From the NCBI GenBank assembly GCA_015486055.1, contig WFSJ01000025.1:1189-65188 (forward strand): a stretch of 64,000 bases of DNA, written 5' to 3'. The notes beneath the pieces are model-generated. The model was not told the origin of the DNA and did no database searches. It worked only from the letters and a program-made list of their open reading frames with translations. The position numbers and the translations under genes were made by a program. This document shows positions 20,518 to 29,865 of the stretch, one piece after another (the first letter of the stretch is position 1; each line of letters opens with the position of its first letter). This DNA comes from Acidobacteriota bacterium. Its GTDB lineage: Bacteria; Acidobacteriota; Aminicenantia; S016-38.

Positions 20518-21365
20518 TCTAAATTATGAATTTGCTCCCTTATTTCTTCAACAGTCGTTTTTATAGCTATTGCCCTTTTTATAATCTCGGGGTTTGTTGT
20601 CTTTGAATTAAGGGTATTGGCTTCCCTCAATATTTCCTGAGCTACAAAGTCCATTTTCTTTGAACCATCCCCCATTGACTTGTTAAATTCCTCAAGGTGA
20701 AAGCCTATTCTTGAAACCTCTTCAGAAATATCATACCTTAAGGAAAGAATTGCAGCTTCCTGAATTATTCTATTCTCATCAACATCAACGGACATTTCTC
20801 TTATTTTCCTTTCAATCTCCTCCCTCATTCTATCTTTCTCACCTGAGAAGATTTTATCTATCTCCACCTTTTTCTTTGTGATTTTCTTCACCTTTTCTCT
20901 AATGTATTTTCTTATCCTTTCCCCCTCCTTCATTCTGTTCTTTTTAAGTGCTTCAAGAACTTTGGCTAAGGAAGAGAAAATAAATTCCTTTTCCTTATCT
21001 GCAAAGCCATCTTCATTGAAGGAAAGTTCTATTACCCCAGGAATTCTCAATATTGCATCAAGGGAAAGGGGTGCAAAGCCTGAAAAAGTTCTTAGCTCCC
21101 TTAAAATCGCGCTTATAGCTTCTCTGTTTATGTAAACCTTCTGTTTCTCTGGTGATACAAACCTGATCTCTATTGTTATTTCCACTCTTCCCCTTTTGAA
21201 GTAATTCCTTACAATTTTCCTTATGTCTTCTTCAAGGGGCCTTAAGAAAAAGCCTCCTTTGATCACAATATCAAGATATCTGTTATTAAGGCACCTTGCC
21301 GAGATTCTCATATCAAAGGAAGAACTAGAAAAATTTCCCTCTGAATATCCTGTCATTGATTCCAT
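20514..21365 (-). CDS. yloC: YicC/YloC family endoribonuclease
   Basis: SMTGY, NNRYLD, DISEEVSR, QEILREANT, IREQIHNLE. Confidence 0.93.
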   Translation of the reverse strand: MESMTGYSEGNFSSSSFDMRISARCLNNRYLDIVIKGGFFLRPLEEDIRKIVRNYFKRGRVEITIEIRFVSPEKQKVYINREAISAILRELRTFSGFAPLSLDAILRIPGVIELSFNEDGFADKEKEFIFSSLAKVLEALKKNRMKEGERIRKYIREKVKKITKKKVEIDKIFSGEKDRMREEIERKIREMSVDVDENRIIQEAAILSLRYDISEEVSRIGFHLEEFNKSMGDGSKKMDFVAQEILREANTLNSKTTNPEIIKRAIAIKTTVEEIREQIHNLE

Positions 21366-23132
21366 TTAGACCTCCATTTGTGCTTTGTATAAACGTGAGT
21401 ATTTTCCCTTTCTCTTCAATAGCTCCTCATGGTTTCCTTCTTCTACGATTTTTCCATCCTCTATAACTATTATTTTATTAGCCATCTTAACAGTTGAAAG
21501 CCTGTGAGCTATTATCACAGTTGTTCTTCCTTTGGTTATCTCCTCAAGGGCTTCCTGAATCTTTTTCTCCGATTCTGAATCAAGGGATGACGTGGCCTCA
21601 TCAAATATAAGTATCCTGGGGTTCTTTATTATTGCCCTTGCTATTGAAATCCTCTGCCTCTGTCCCAAGGAAAAGTTTACCCCTTTCTCCGAGAGTCTTG
21701 TATCGTATTTAGAAGGAAGAGAGGATATAAAATCATGGATATGGGCTGCCTTTGTTACAGCTTCAAGTTCTTCATCTTTCACGGAATCCATCCCATAGGC
21801 GATGTTTTTCCTTACTGACTCATTAAACAAAAGGACATCCTGGGTTACCATTCCTATTCTCTTCCTGAGCCATTTCAGGTCATATTCCTCAACTTTTATC
21901 CCATCAATTAATACTTCACCCTTTAAAGGTCTGTAAAAACCGAGAAGAAGATTCACAATGGTAGTTTTACCTGCGCCTGACTCTCCAACTATCGCAAGCT
22001 TTTCTCCTGGTTTTAGACTGAAATTCACACCCCTAAGAACTGATTTACCTGAGTTATAGGAAAATTCCACCTCTCTAAATTCTATTTCACCTTTAAGTTC
22101 AGAGGGCCTGTAATTCCCCCCTATTTTTTTATACCTTTCTCCTAACTGCAAAAATTCATTGAGACTTTCCACAGAAGCGCCCCCTTGATGAAGGAGATTG
22201 TTTGCACTGGAAAGCCTCTTTATAGGCGTATAAAGATAAAATACAGAAGCTATAAAGGTTGTAAACTGTCCCGGTGTCATTGTCCCCTGCCTTATCATCT
22301 TAGCACTTATATAAATAAGGACAGCTGCAATGATTCCTCCTATAAATTCAAGAAATGGGGAGGAAAGAGTCCACACTTTTACGAATTTCATGTTGACATT
22401 GTAGTTTTTCTCGTTCGTCTCAGAAAATCTTTTCTTCTCATATTTTTCTGTACTGAAAGCTCTTACAACTCTTATTCCACTTATAACCTCGGAAATTCTC
22501 CTGGATATTTCTCCTATGGATTCTTGCCTTTTTTCAGTAAGAAACTTTATAACCTTTCCGAAAATTATAATGGGAACCGTAGCTATGGGAATCATAAGAA
22601 GAGCAAGGAGGGAAAACTTCGGGTTATTTGTTATTATAACCACTATTAGGGCAAAAACAGTCAAACTTTCCCTCACCATCTGAACAACCCCATTTGATAC
22701 AGCTCTTTCAAGTATGTCCATTTCGTAAAGAAACCTTGAGGAAATTTTACCGCTGTGAAAACTATCAAAAAACCTGAGGGGGGCTTCTACTATCTTTGAA
22801 AATACTCTATCCCTTAGTTCCTTTATGATCCTCTGAGCAAGAGCTCTGGTAGTGTAATTGGAAAGGAAGGTAAAAATAGCCTTGGAAAGGAAAACCACGA
22901 GAACCAGCAGGGGTATTACAATAGGAGAGGAAAGATCTAAATACTTTGATATGAATTTTCCGAACTGAAATCCCTTTGCATTGGTTTGGGGGGCTACAGA
23001 AAAAAGATTGTCCATTATAGGCTGAAGTATAAGGGCAGCAGCTGCAGTAAAGGCGGCGGCGAAAGCTGAGTAAAGGAGGGCAAGGGCAATTCTTCCCTTA
23101 TATGGTATCAGAATCTTTATCAGTGATTTCAT
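21366..23132 (-). CDS. msbA: MsbA-like ABC exporter
   Basis: 6-TM domain plus NBD (GESGAGKT, SLGQRQR, DEATSSLD, IAHRLST); LYTPIKRL. Confidence 0.8.
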   Translation of the reverse strand: MKSLIKILIPYKGRIALALLYSAFAAAFTAAAALILQPIMDNLFSVAPQTNAKGFQFGKFISKYLDLSSPIVIPLLVLVVFLSKAIFTFLSNYTTRALAQRIIKELRDRVFSKIVEAPLRFFDSFHSGKISSRFLYEMDILERAVSNGVVQMVRESLTVFALIVVIITNNPKFSLLALLMIPIATVPIIIFGKVIKFLTEKRQESIGEISRRISEVISGIRVVRAFSTEKYEKKRFSETNEKNYNVNMKFVKVWTLSSPFLEFIGGIIAAVLIYISAKMIRQGTMTPGQFTTFIASVFYLYTPIKRLSSANNLLHQGGASVESLNEFLQLGERYKKIGGNYRPSELKGEIEFREVEFSYNSGKSVLRGVNFSLKPGEKLAIVGESGAGKTTIVNLLLGFYRPLKGEVLIDGIKVEEYDLKWLRKRIGMVTQDVLLFNESVRKNIAYGMDSVKDEELEAVTKAAHIHDFISSLPSKYDTRLSEKGVNFSLGQRQRISIARAIIKNPRILIFDEATSSLDSESEKKIQEALEEITKGRTTVIIAHRLSTVKMANKIIVIEDGKIVEEGNHEELLKRKGKYSRLYKAQMEV

Positions 23133-24084
23133 TTGTAAACTTCAGAGCTTTGAACCCTATTTCTATAGCATTAAGGACAGAGCCCCTTTTTACATTGTCA
23201 AATACTGCCCAGAGCCAGAATTTGCCGTCCTCGCCCTTTTTTATATCTGAGACATGGACGAAGAAACCCTCTTCCTCATAAAATCTTGAGGGAGAAATTT
23301 TTCCTTTTTCAATCATTACATACTGGCTGGAAGAAATGGATTCCTCAAGCTTTTTTATAGATTTAATTCCGTTCAATTTCAAAAATATCAAAGCCGAATA
23401 TCAGTGAAAGATCCCGGACCTCATAATGATGCTGTAAAAGTCAGGTATCCCTGTTGCTTTCCTTATTTCCTTTACAACCTTCAGTTCCTCCTGTATGAAC
23501 CTTCCCTTCCCCTTTCTTCCCCTTTTGGGAAAGAGGTCGAAAGCAAGTATGTCTTTGAGAACTTTTTCTGGAATTTCCTCCATATTCAGGAGATTCACTG
23601 CTTGGGAAAAAAGCTCATCCATTCCGCCTTCACCGCTCTCTGATACAGGCTCAATAAGGGCAGAAAAACCGTAATCAATATATTTTGAAACGGGATAAAT
23701 AACATGGGAAATTCCTATGGAACCCGGAAGAGGATTTTCAAATTTTCCTCCTTTTATTTCCCTATCGTTTAGTCCGCTCACAATAGTCGGAAGTTCTTCC
23801 CTTGTTCCCGAAAGGTCTACTGAAATCCTCGATGAGTTAAATATTTCGTCCTCAACTGGAACAGTAAAAAATGCCAAATCAAGCGTCGGCATCTCATCCT
23901 TGGTGGGATTCAGAACAACCTTGGCCTCATCTCTGAAAGAGTCGAAAAGAGCATATTTTCCTATTCCCGGTTCATAAAGATAAAAATCATCAAATTCAAC
24001 TTTTATCTTTTCAAGAGTTTCCTTAAGAGTTTTGCCCCTGAGGTTTTTAACCCCGATTATGGCAGCTTTAAACTTCCTGTTCAT
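23098..24084 (-). pseudogene. Asd/Usg-like semialdehyde dehydrogenase family gene interrupted by one in-frame TGA at 23401-23403
   Basis: ORFs 23401-24084 and 23098-23391 share a frame and read ...SGIFH*YSALIFLK..., together 328 codons. Asd-like motifs ESGEGGMDEL, LAFDLFP, EELKVVKE, WLWAVFDNVKRGSVLNA. Catalytic Cys absent (ENPLP). Confidence 0.6.
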
Positions 24085-24841
24085 TTTCCTCTGCAGTTCT
24101 AAATCTATCCTTCAAAAAACTCACTAAAGAAAAAATAGGGCCTGATATTGCATATCCGTATGCCAGAAAAAGTAAGGTCTTGGTTGGCCAAGCAGCCAAT
24201 GCAGAAAGAGCTATGGAAAAAAAGAAAAGTGTTAGATAATGTCTTTTGGATTTCAGATTTACATCCTTGAAGCTCCTGTACTTCATTTTAGATATCATAA
24301 GAAAAGAGAGGAAAAAGACGATGGCACCCAATATAATTGGAAACAACCTGCTTTCGGGAGGATGTTCAAAGAACAAAACAGTTGACACAAGAACTACACT
24401 CGCAGATGGAATGGGCAGCCCAACAAAGTGTTTTTTTGAAGATATCCCCTTCGAGGTAATAACATTGTATCTTGCCAGTCTAATGGCTCCTCCCGCAATA
24501 AAAAGGAAAGAAACGAAAAATCCGAGCTTTGGGAAATTCTTGAGTGCCCATAGATAAATTAGGAGCGAAGGGGCAACTCCAAAGGAAACTATATCAGCAA
24601 GAGAGTCTAATTCCCTTCCCAATGGAGATGTACTCCTTAATGCCCTTGCCGTTCTACCATCCATCAAATCCATAAATGTAGCTAAAATTATAAAGAGAGA
24701 GGAAATATCAAATCTTCCCTTTACTGCAAAATTCATGGAAACAAAGCCAAAATAAAGATTCAGCATCGTCAAAACAGAGGGAATAAAAAACACAAGGTTC
24801 AAATTTCTTACTCTTCTTGTCCTCCCTGTTCCTTTTTTCAT
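24068..24841 (-). CDS. pssA: CDP-diacylglycerol--serine O-phosphatidyltransferase
   Basis: DLMDGRTAR...GRELDSLADIVSFGVAP, RLARYN, FVGLPIP. Confidence 0.95.
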   Translation of the reverse strand: MKKGTGRTRRVRNLNLVFFIPSVLTMLNLYFGFVSMNFAVKGRFDISSLFIILATFMDLMDGRTARALRSTSPLGRELDSLADIVSFGVAPSLLIYLWALKNFPKLGFFVSFLFIAGGAIRLARYNVITSKGISSKKHFVGLPIPSASVVLVSTVLFFEHPPESRLFPIILGAIVFFLSFLMISKMKYRSFKDVNLKSKRHYLTLFFFSIALSALAAWPTKTLLFLAYGYAISGPIFSLVSFLKDRFRTAEENEQEV

Positions 24842-25458
24842 ATCTTCCTCCTTCCAAGAATGCTCTCGCCGGCCTTTATTTTATCTCCTTCCTTTACTTC
24901 TATCTCAAAGTCAGGGGAAAAATAAAGATCAACCCTTGAACCAAACATAATTATCCCTATTCTTTCCCCCTTTTTCAAGGAATCTCCCGGGGAAATATAT
25001 GTCTTTATCCTTCGGGCTAATATTCCAGCTATCATCTCAACTATAAACCTTTCCCCTTTAGATTCTAATTCAATTATCGCTTTTTCATTTTCCACTGATT
25101 CCCTCTTATATGCAGGTATGTGGCCTCCGCCCCTCCTCTTCAAGGAAATTACTTTCCCATCCACTGGCGATCTATTAACATGAACATCAAGAGGTGACAT
25201 AAAAATGCTCACCCTTCTGAATGATCCTTTCTTTTCCGGATAGCCCATTTTCTCTATACTCATAATTTTCCCATCGGCAGGGGAAACGATGATCCCATCT
25301 TCCCCCGGTGTATTCCTTTCAGGATCCCTGAAAAAAAACAGCATGAGGAAAATTAGCAGGACAAAAATACAGGCCAAACACGAAAGGGAAGCGAGAAAAA
25401 ATATAAGAGAAACAGCAAAAAGGGGTATAACAAAATAAAGAGATTCCTTAGCGATCAT
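24838..25458 (-). CDS. psd: Phosphatidylserine decarboxylase proenzyme
   Basis: FFRDPER, SPADG, FMSPLDVHVNR, FGSRVD. Confidence 0.95.
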   Translation of the reverse strand: MIAKESLYFVIPLFAVSLIFFLASLSCLACIFVLLIFLMLFFFRDPERNTPGEDGIIVSPADGKIMSIEKMGYPEKKGSFRRVSIFMSPLDVHVNRSPVDGKVISLKRRGGGHIPAYKRESVENEKAIIELESKGERFIVEMIAGILARRIKTYISPGDSLKKGERIGIIMFGSRVDLYFSPDFEIEVKEGDKIKAGESILGRRKI

Positions 25459-25678
25459 TTCCTTTCTCCATTTCTTTTACCAGGATCTCGTGCATCCTGT
25501 CTTTTACTCTAAGCTTGAGCTTTTTAAGCTTTTTCACTTCTGTTTTCTCATCAGAGGTAAGAGCAATTCTTGAAAGAAGCTTTTCAATCCTTCTTTCATA
25601 TTCTTGATGTTGCTGATAAAGTTCCCTAAATTCATCGTTTTCCCTCGCAAGTATTTCTTTAAGCTCTTCTTCCTTCAT
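25448..25678 (-). CDS. DUF465/YdcH family protein
   Basis: FRELYQQH...LKKLKLRVKDRM. Confidence 0.8.
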   Translation of the reverse strand: MKEEELKEILARENDEFRELYQQHQEYERRIEKLLSRIALTSDEKTEVKKLKKLKLRVKDRMHEILVKEMEKGNDR

Positions 25679-25706
25679 TTTACCTCCTAATTCATAGTAT
25701 ATATCA

Positions 25707-26309
25707 TTAAATCCTTTCTATCCTGCTCTTAAAAAATTTCGTTTCCCTCTCAGGATCATCCGAAAGAAAGATTGCAGAGGATATAGCTATTATATCAGGT
25801 CTAAGAGCCAGGACTTCGTCTATATTTTCCCTGTTTATCCCCCCAATTACGCAAATATCTATTTTTAATTCTCTTTTTGCTCTTGTTAAAGTATCAGGGG
25901 TCAATCTCACTGCTTCTGGCTTTGTGCTCGTCGGAAAGATCGAACCGAAGGCCACATAAGTTGCCCCTACTCTCTCAGCTTTTCTCCCTCTTTCAATATC
26001 ATTGTAACAGGACACGCCTAAGACCTTATCCCTAAGAATCTTCTTAGCTGAGACGGGTCCCATGTCATCCTTACCTATGTGCGCTCCATCTGCTCCAAGT
26101 TCCACAGCAAGGCGGGGAAAATCGTTGATTATAAGCTTAAAATCATATTTATCCTTCAATTTTAGGATTCCCTCTGCAATTTTTCTTGCCTCCTCTTTTT
26201 CTTTGACCCTGAGTTGAATCCAGTCAATACCACCTTGGGCCGTTTTCTTCACCCTCTCAAGGAACTCCGCTCTTCCTAAATTCCCGGTTGCAATCAGATA
26301 AAGTTTCAC
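25707..26309 (-). CDS. thiE: Thiamine-phosphate synthase
   Basis: QLRVK, IIND, GAHIGKDD, GVSCY, FPTSTK, IGGI. Confidence 0.93.
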   Translation of the reverse strand: MKLYLIATGNLGRAEFLERVKKTAQGGIDWIQLRVKEKEEARKIAEGILKLKDKYDFKLIINDFPRLAVELGADGAHIGKDDMGPVSAKKILRDKVLGVSCYNDIERGRKAERVGATYVAFGSIFPTSTKPEAVRLTPDTLTRAKRELKIDICVIGGINRENIDEVLALRPDIIAISSAIFLSDDPERETKFFKSRIERI

Positions 26310-26692
26310 TTTATATCCAGTGTCAATTCTGAGAAAAATTCCCTTGTAAATTCGTAAAATTCTTCCCAGTATTTCCTAACTATACATTCGTTAAAAGTAG
26401 GACATTCTGCTGGCACAGGTCCCATACATGGCACAGGACTTAGCCCTTCATCTACCGCTTCCATTATACTGAGCCAATTTATCTTCTCTTTTTCCCTTGC
26501 AAGAACATACCCTCCCCCTGCTCCTCTTTTTCCTTTAACTAAATCTGCCTTTTTCAATTTAAGGAAAACCTGTTCAAGAAATCTTTCTGGGATCTTTTCC
26601 TCTACAGATATCTTCCTTAAAGGAACTGGGACTTTCCTTGAAAGATGGAGCATCGCTCTTATAGCATATCTTGAATATGTTGTAAACTTCAC
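26306..26692 (-). CDS. Rrf2 family regulator with three Cys (IscR/NsrR-like)
   Basis: RYAIRAM, FLEQVF, RGAGGGY, PCMGPVPAECPTFNEC. Confidence 0.9.
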   Translation of the reverse strand: MKFTTYSRYAIRAMLHLSRKVPVPLRKISVEEKIPERFLEQVFLKLKKADLVKGKRGAGGGYVLAREKEKINWLSIMEAVDEGLSPVPCMGPVPAECPTFNECIVRKYWEEFYEFTREFFSELTLDIK

Positions 26693-26738
26693 ATTCCTAT
26701 TATAACAAATTGGCTAAGAAATATGGGGAAATAAAAAA

Positions 26739-26812
26739 CGCCCCCGACGGGACTTGAACCCGTGCTGCCGCCTTGAAAGGGCGGTGTCCTCACCTGGCTA
26801 GACTACAGGGGC
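26739..26812 (-). tRNA. tRNA-Glu(TTC), CCA not encoded
   Basis: GCCCCTGTAGTCTAGCCAGGTGAGGACACCGCC-CTTTCAA-GGCGG...GGTTCAAGTCCCGTCGGGGGCG folds as a cloverleaf. Confidence 0.95.
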
Positions 26813-26815
26813 GAA

Positions 26816-26888
26816 TGAGCCGTACAGGAATTGAACCTGCGACTCCCGGCTTAAAAGGCCGGTGCTCTACCTACTGAGCTAACGGCTC
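26816..26888 (-). tRNA. tRNA-Lys(TTT), CCA not encoded
   Basis: GAGCCGTTAGCTCAGTAGGTAGAGCACCGGC-CTTTTAA-GCCGG...GGTTCAATTCCTGTACGGCTCA folds as a cloverleaf. Confidence 0.95.
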
Positions 26889-26915
26889 AAGAAAAGAAAT
26901 TTTACCAAAAATTCT

Positions 26916-27605
26916 TTACTTGGTTAACTCCTCAATATTCTTAACTACCCATCTTCCTCTTATAGGGGTGGTAACTCCTTCCTTTGTAAGTTCATATCTC
27001 ACAAGATAAAACTTGAATTTCTTTGTTTTCCCCTGGGAATCTGTTCCTTCAATTACAATCTCCTCTGAGTAAACTTTCCCAGCAAGCTTTTCAATCTCAG
27101 AAATGTCCCCCACAGAAAGGGCCATAAGCTTTTTCTCATTACCAAACTCCATCTGGGCATTGTTATAATCTTCCTTTGCTTTAAGGAATTGAGCCTTAAG
27201 ATCATCAGCTTTCGTCTTCAGCTCCTCGTATTTCTTTTTCTTTGCTCTTTTCCTGGCCCTTGACCATTTCTCGTATTTCTTGTTGAAATCGTCAAAATCA
27301 AGCTTGGCAAGTGCAGCCTTTTCCTGAATGTCTTCCATATTCTTCTTGGCTTCATTCATCTTTTTCTGAAGATCTGCAATTGTGGTCTTACCTTCCGCAG
27401 GTTGAGTTGTGGAGATTACCTTCCATCTTGCAAGGTCAACCTTAACAGGGACAAGGGAAATTTTAACGATGCTGTCCTTATCACCTATTCTCACAGCCTG
27501 GATGTAACGGCTTATAAGAGTCTTTTCGGGGGAACCACACCCAACTAATACAATGGAAGAAATCACCATAAGCCCTCCAATTGCCAAAACCATTAATTTC
27601 TTCAT
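26916..27605 (-). CDS. Lipoprotein with central coiled coil, unknown function
   Basis: Lipobox VLVG-C after a hydrophobic stretch; K/E/A-rich helical middle; C-terminal GRWVV. Confidence 0.7.
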   Translation of the reverse strand: MKKLMVLAIGGLMVISSIVLVGCGSPEKTLISRYIQAVRIGDKDSIVKISLVPVKVDLARWKVISTTQPAEGKTTIADLQKKMNEAKKNMEDIQEKAALAKLDFDDFNKKYEKWSRARKRAKKKKYEELKTKADDLKAQFLKAKEDYNNAQMEFGNEKKLMALSVGDISEIEKLAGKVYSEEIVIEGTDSQGKTKKFKFYLVRYELTKEGVTTPIRGRWVVKNIEELTK

Positions 27606-27606
27606 T

Positions 27607-29016
27607 TTACGCCTCCTTTATTAATTTGTTTTCAAAATCTATCTTCTTTTCAAGCATTTCAGAAAAACTTAAAAGTCTATCTTCATTATACCACTTTGAA
27701 AGAATCTGGAAACCTATGGGAAGACCTTTTTTTGAGAGAGAAAAAGGTATGGAAATAGCTGGTAGACCTGATAAGTTAGCGAAAATGGTGAATCTATCTT
27801 CAAGGTACATTGAAATTGGGTTCTGTCTCTCGCCTATTTTGAAAGCAACATCAGGAGTCGTGGGAAGGGTCAGAAATTCCCCTTCTTTGAAAATCTCGTT
27901 CATCTTATCTCTTAGAAATTCTCTATAAGAAATCCCTTTCCCGTAGTAATCATCGTAATAACCACTTGAAAGAACAAATGTTCCAAGAAGAATTCTCCTT
28001 TTAACTTCCTCCCCAAATCCTTTTGTCCTCGTTCTGAAATACATATCCTTTAGTTTATTTGCTTCTGCCTTCAACCCATATCTTACTCCATCATATCTTG
28101 CAAGATTAGAACTCGCCTCTGCATTGGCAACTATATAATATGCTTCAATTGCATGTGTCATGAAAGAGAGATCCACAGGTTTCCCTTTACCCCCCATAGA
28201 TATAAGAAGCTTTACAAAGGAAGAAAACTTCTCTTTTACTTCCTTAGAGGCTCCTTTCAAAAATTCACCCTCTGGGTATATAAAGGTGAAGGGCTTTTCT
28301 ATATGCTTGAAGATCTCACCATAAGAAGGAACAGGCAAGGAAGAAGTTGTCGAGTCCCTTGGGTCATCCCCTGAAATAATTGAAAAAACATAACCCACAT
28401 CTCTAACAGAATTTGCAATAATCCCTATTTGATCCAGAGATGACGCAAAGGCAACAAGTCCGTATCTCGAAATTCTTCCATAGGTGGGTTTAAATCCGAC
28501 TACTCCACAAAAAGAAGCGGGCTGTCTTACCGAACCTCCAGTATCGGAGCCAAGGGCAAATTTAACCATCCCTGAAGCAACAGCAGCCGCAGAACCACCA
28601 CTTGACCCTCCAGGAACTCTTTCTATGTCCCATGGATTCCTTGTGGGGCCAAAAGCTGAGTATTCTGTAGAAGAACCCATGGCAAATTCATCAAGATTTG
28701 TCTTCCCTGAAAGCGAAAATCCAGCTTCCTTCAACCTTTTCCAAGCAGTTGCCGAATACGGGGCAATATAGTTTTCAAGAATCTTTGACCCACAGGTGGT
28801 TGGGAAACCTTTAATAATTATGTTATCTTTCACCCCAACGGGGATTCCATTTCCCTCATTTAAATATTTTACCTTTGTGATGAAAGCATTTACCCCGGGT
28901 TCAAGCTCTTCTCTTCTCCTCGCAAAGAAATTCCATACTTCTTTCGGACTTACTCTTTTTTCCCTCTCAAGCTTGAGGATTTCCTCTATGGAAATTCTGG
29001 AAAAATTCATATTCAC
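27607..29016 (-). CDS. gatA: Asp/Glu-tRNA amidotransferase subunit A
   Basis: KDNI, GKTNLDEFAMGSSTE, PGGSSGGSAAA, GSDTGGSVRQPA, SSNLARYDG. Confidence 0.97.
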   Translation of the reverse strand: MNMNFSRISIEEILKLEREKRVSPKEVWNFFARRREELEPGVNAFITKVKYLNEGNGIPVGVKDNIIIKGFPTTCGSKILENYIAPYSATAWKRLKEAGFSLSGKTNLDEFAMGSSTEYSAFGPTRNPWDIERVPGGSSGGSAAAVASGMVKFALGSDTGGSVRQPASFCGVVGFKPTYGRISRYGLVAFASSLDQIGIIANSVRDVGYVFSIISGDDPRDSTTSSLPVPSYGEIFKHIEKPFTFIYPEGEFLKGASKEVKEKFSSFVKLLISMGGKGKPVDLSFMTHAIEAYYIVANAEASSNLARYDGVRYGLKAEANKLKDMYFRTRTKGFGEEVKRRILLGTFVLSSGYYDDYYGKGISYREFLRDKMNEIFKEGEFLTLPTTPDVAFKIGERQNPISMYLEDRFTIFANLSGLPAISIPFSLSKKGLPIGFQILSKWYNEDRLLSFSEMLEKKIDFENKLIKEA

Positions 29017-29288
29017 AATACCTTCGGGACTTTGAAATAACGATTCGCTAAAGAGGGACCAAGATTCAGAAGATCTTCTTTCCCGTCAAACTCTTCAGGT
29101 TTATCATTCCTTCTTTTTAACTCTATAGAGGGAAGGTAAAAATGCTCAATTTCAGGGAGCGGGATAGTTATAAGGCCGCTCACCCACTTGAGGATATTCT
29201 CAATATCAGAGAGAAGTTTTCCTTTCCCTTCCTCGGATATGTTAGAGAGATGGAAGAAATAAGAAAGTTCATCCTTCCTCATTTCCAA
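29013..29288 (-). CDS. gatC: Asp/Glu-tRNA amidotransferase subunit C (divergent)
   Basis: 91 aa directly upstream of gatA, ending YFKVPKVL. Confidence 0.8.
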   Translation of the reverse strand: MEMRKDELSYFFHLSNISEEGKGKLLSDIENILKWVSGLITIPLPEIEHFYLPSIELKRRNDKPEEFDGKEDLLNLGPSLANRYFKVPKVL

Positions 29289-29823
29289 GCTTTACCAACC
29301 CTGCTGTTACAAGGCCATATAGGATTTTACCAACCTCAAATACAGGAAGTCTTACTTCTTCAGCTATCTGCCTTATAGTTTTCTTTCCGTCTATTTTAGA
29401 AATTATAAGCCATTCTGAAGTGTTAAGGGTCATTTTCCTTTTGTCATTTATATCAAAAATTGTGAAATGCGGCACTGCCTGAACAGATTTTATCTTCCTC
29501 TGAAGAACTTTCCATTCATCAAGTCTCTTCGCCGCTTCCATCATAAGGGAAGCATTTGGTTTTTTTATGCTCCGCTTTGGGGGAGGGACATCTGGTTCAA
29601 ACATAAACTCACCTTTAGACCAGGGAGCTATCTTGTAGACAGCAAATTCCCCCTCTATATCCCCAACTTCTGCGTGGACTATTTCTCCCTCTTCCAAGTA
29701 AACATAACCCACTTCGTTTTCTTCCTCATTTTTCAAGATAAATCTTCCTGTTTTTCCCTGCATACTCATAACTTGAACAAGATCAGGAAGTTGAAGATCT
29801 TTCAAAGAACCTTTCATAGCCAT
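29269..29823 (-). CDS. DUF4388 (PatA-N/PATAN-like) domain protein with C-terminal winged helix
   Basis: MKGSLKDLQLPDLVQ, KTG, GEIVHA, WSKGEFMF, LMMEAAKRLDE; IDGKKTIRQIA. Confidence 0.8.
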   Translation of the reverse strand: MAMKGSLKDLQLPDLVQVMSMQGKTGRFILKNEEENEVGYVYLEEGEIVHAEVGDIEGEFAVYKIAPWSKGEFMFEPDVPPPKRSIKKPNASLMMEAAKRLDEWKVLQRKIKSVQAVPHFTIFDINDKRKMTLNTSEWLIISKIDGKKTIRQIAEEVRLPVFEVGKILYGLVTAGLVKLGNEEG

Positions 29824-29865
29824 AGTGTCCCTCTCATATTCTATTGAATAATAATTTTATCATAC

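Noticed and set aside
23401-23403. Genome-wide TGA reassignment (code 4 or 25)
   Set aside because: TGA ends intact genes here (glmS, pssA, MNT, tetR) and no other gene is interrupted.
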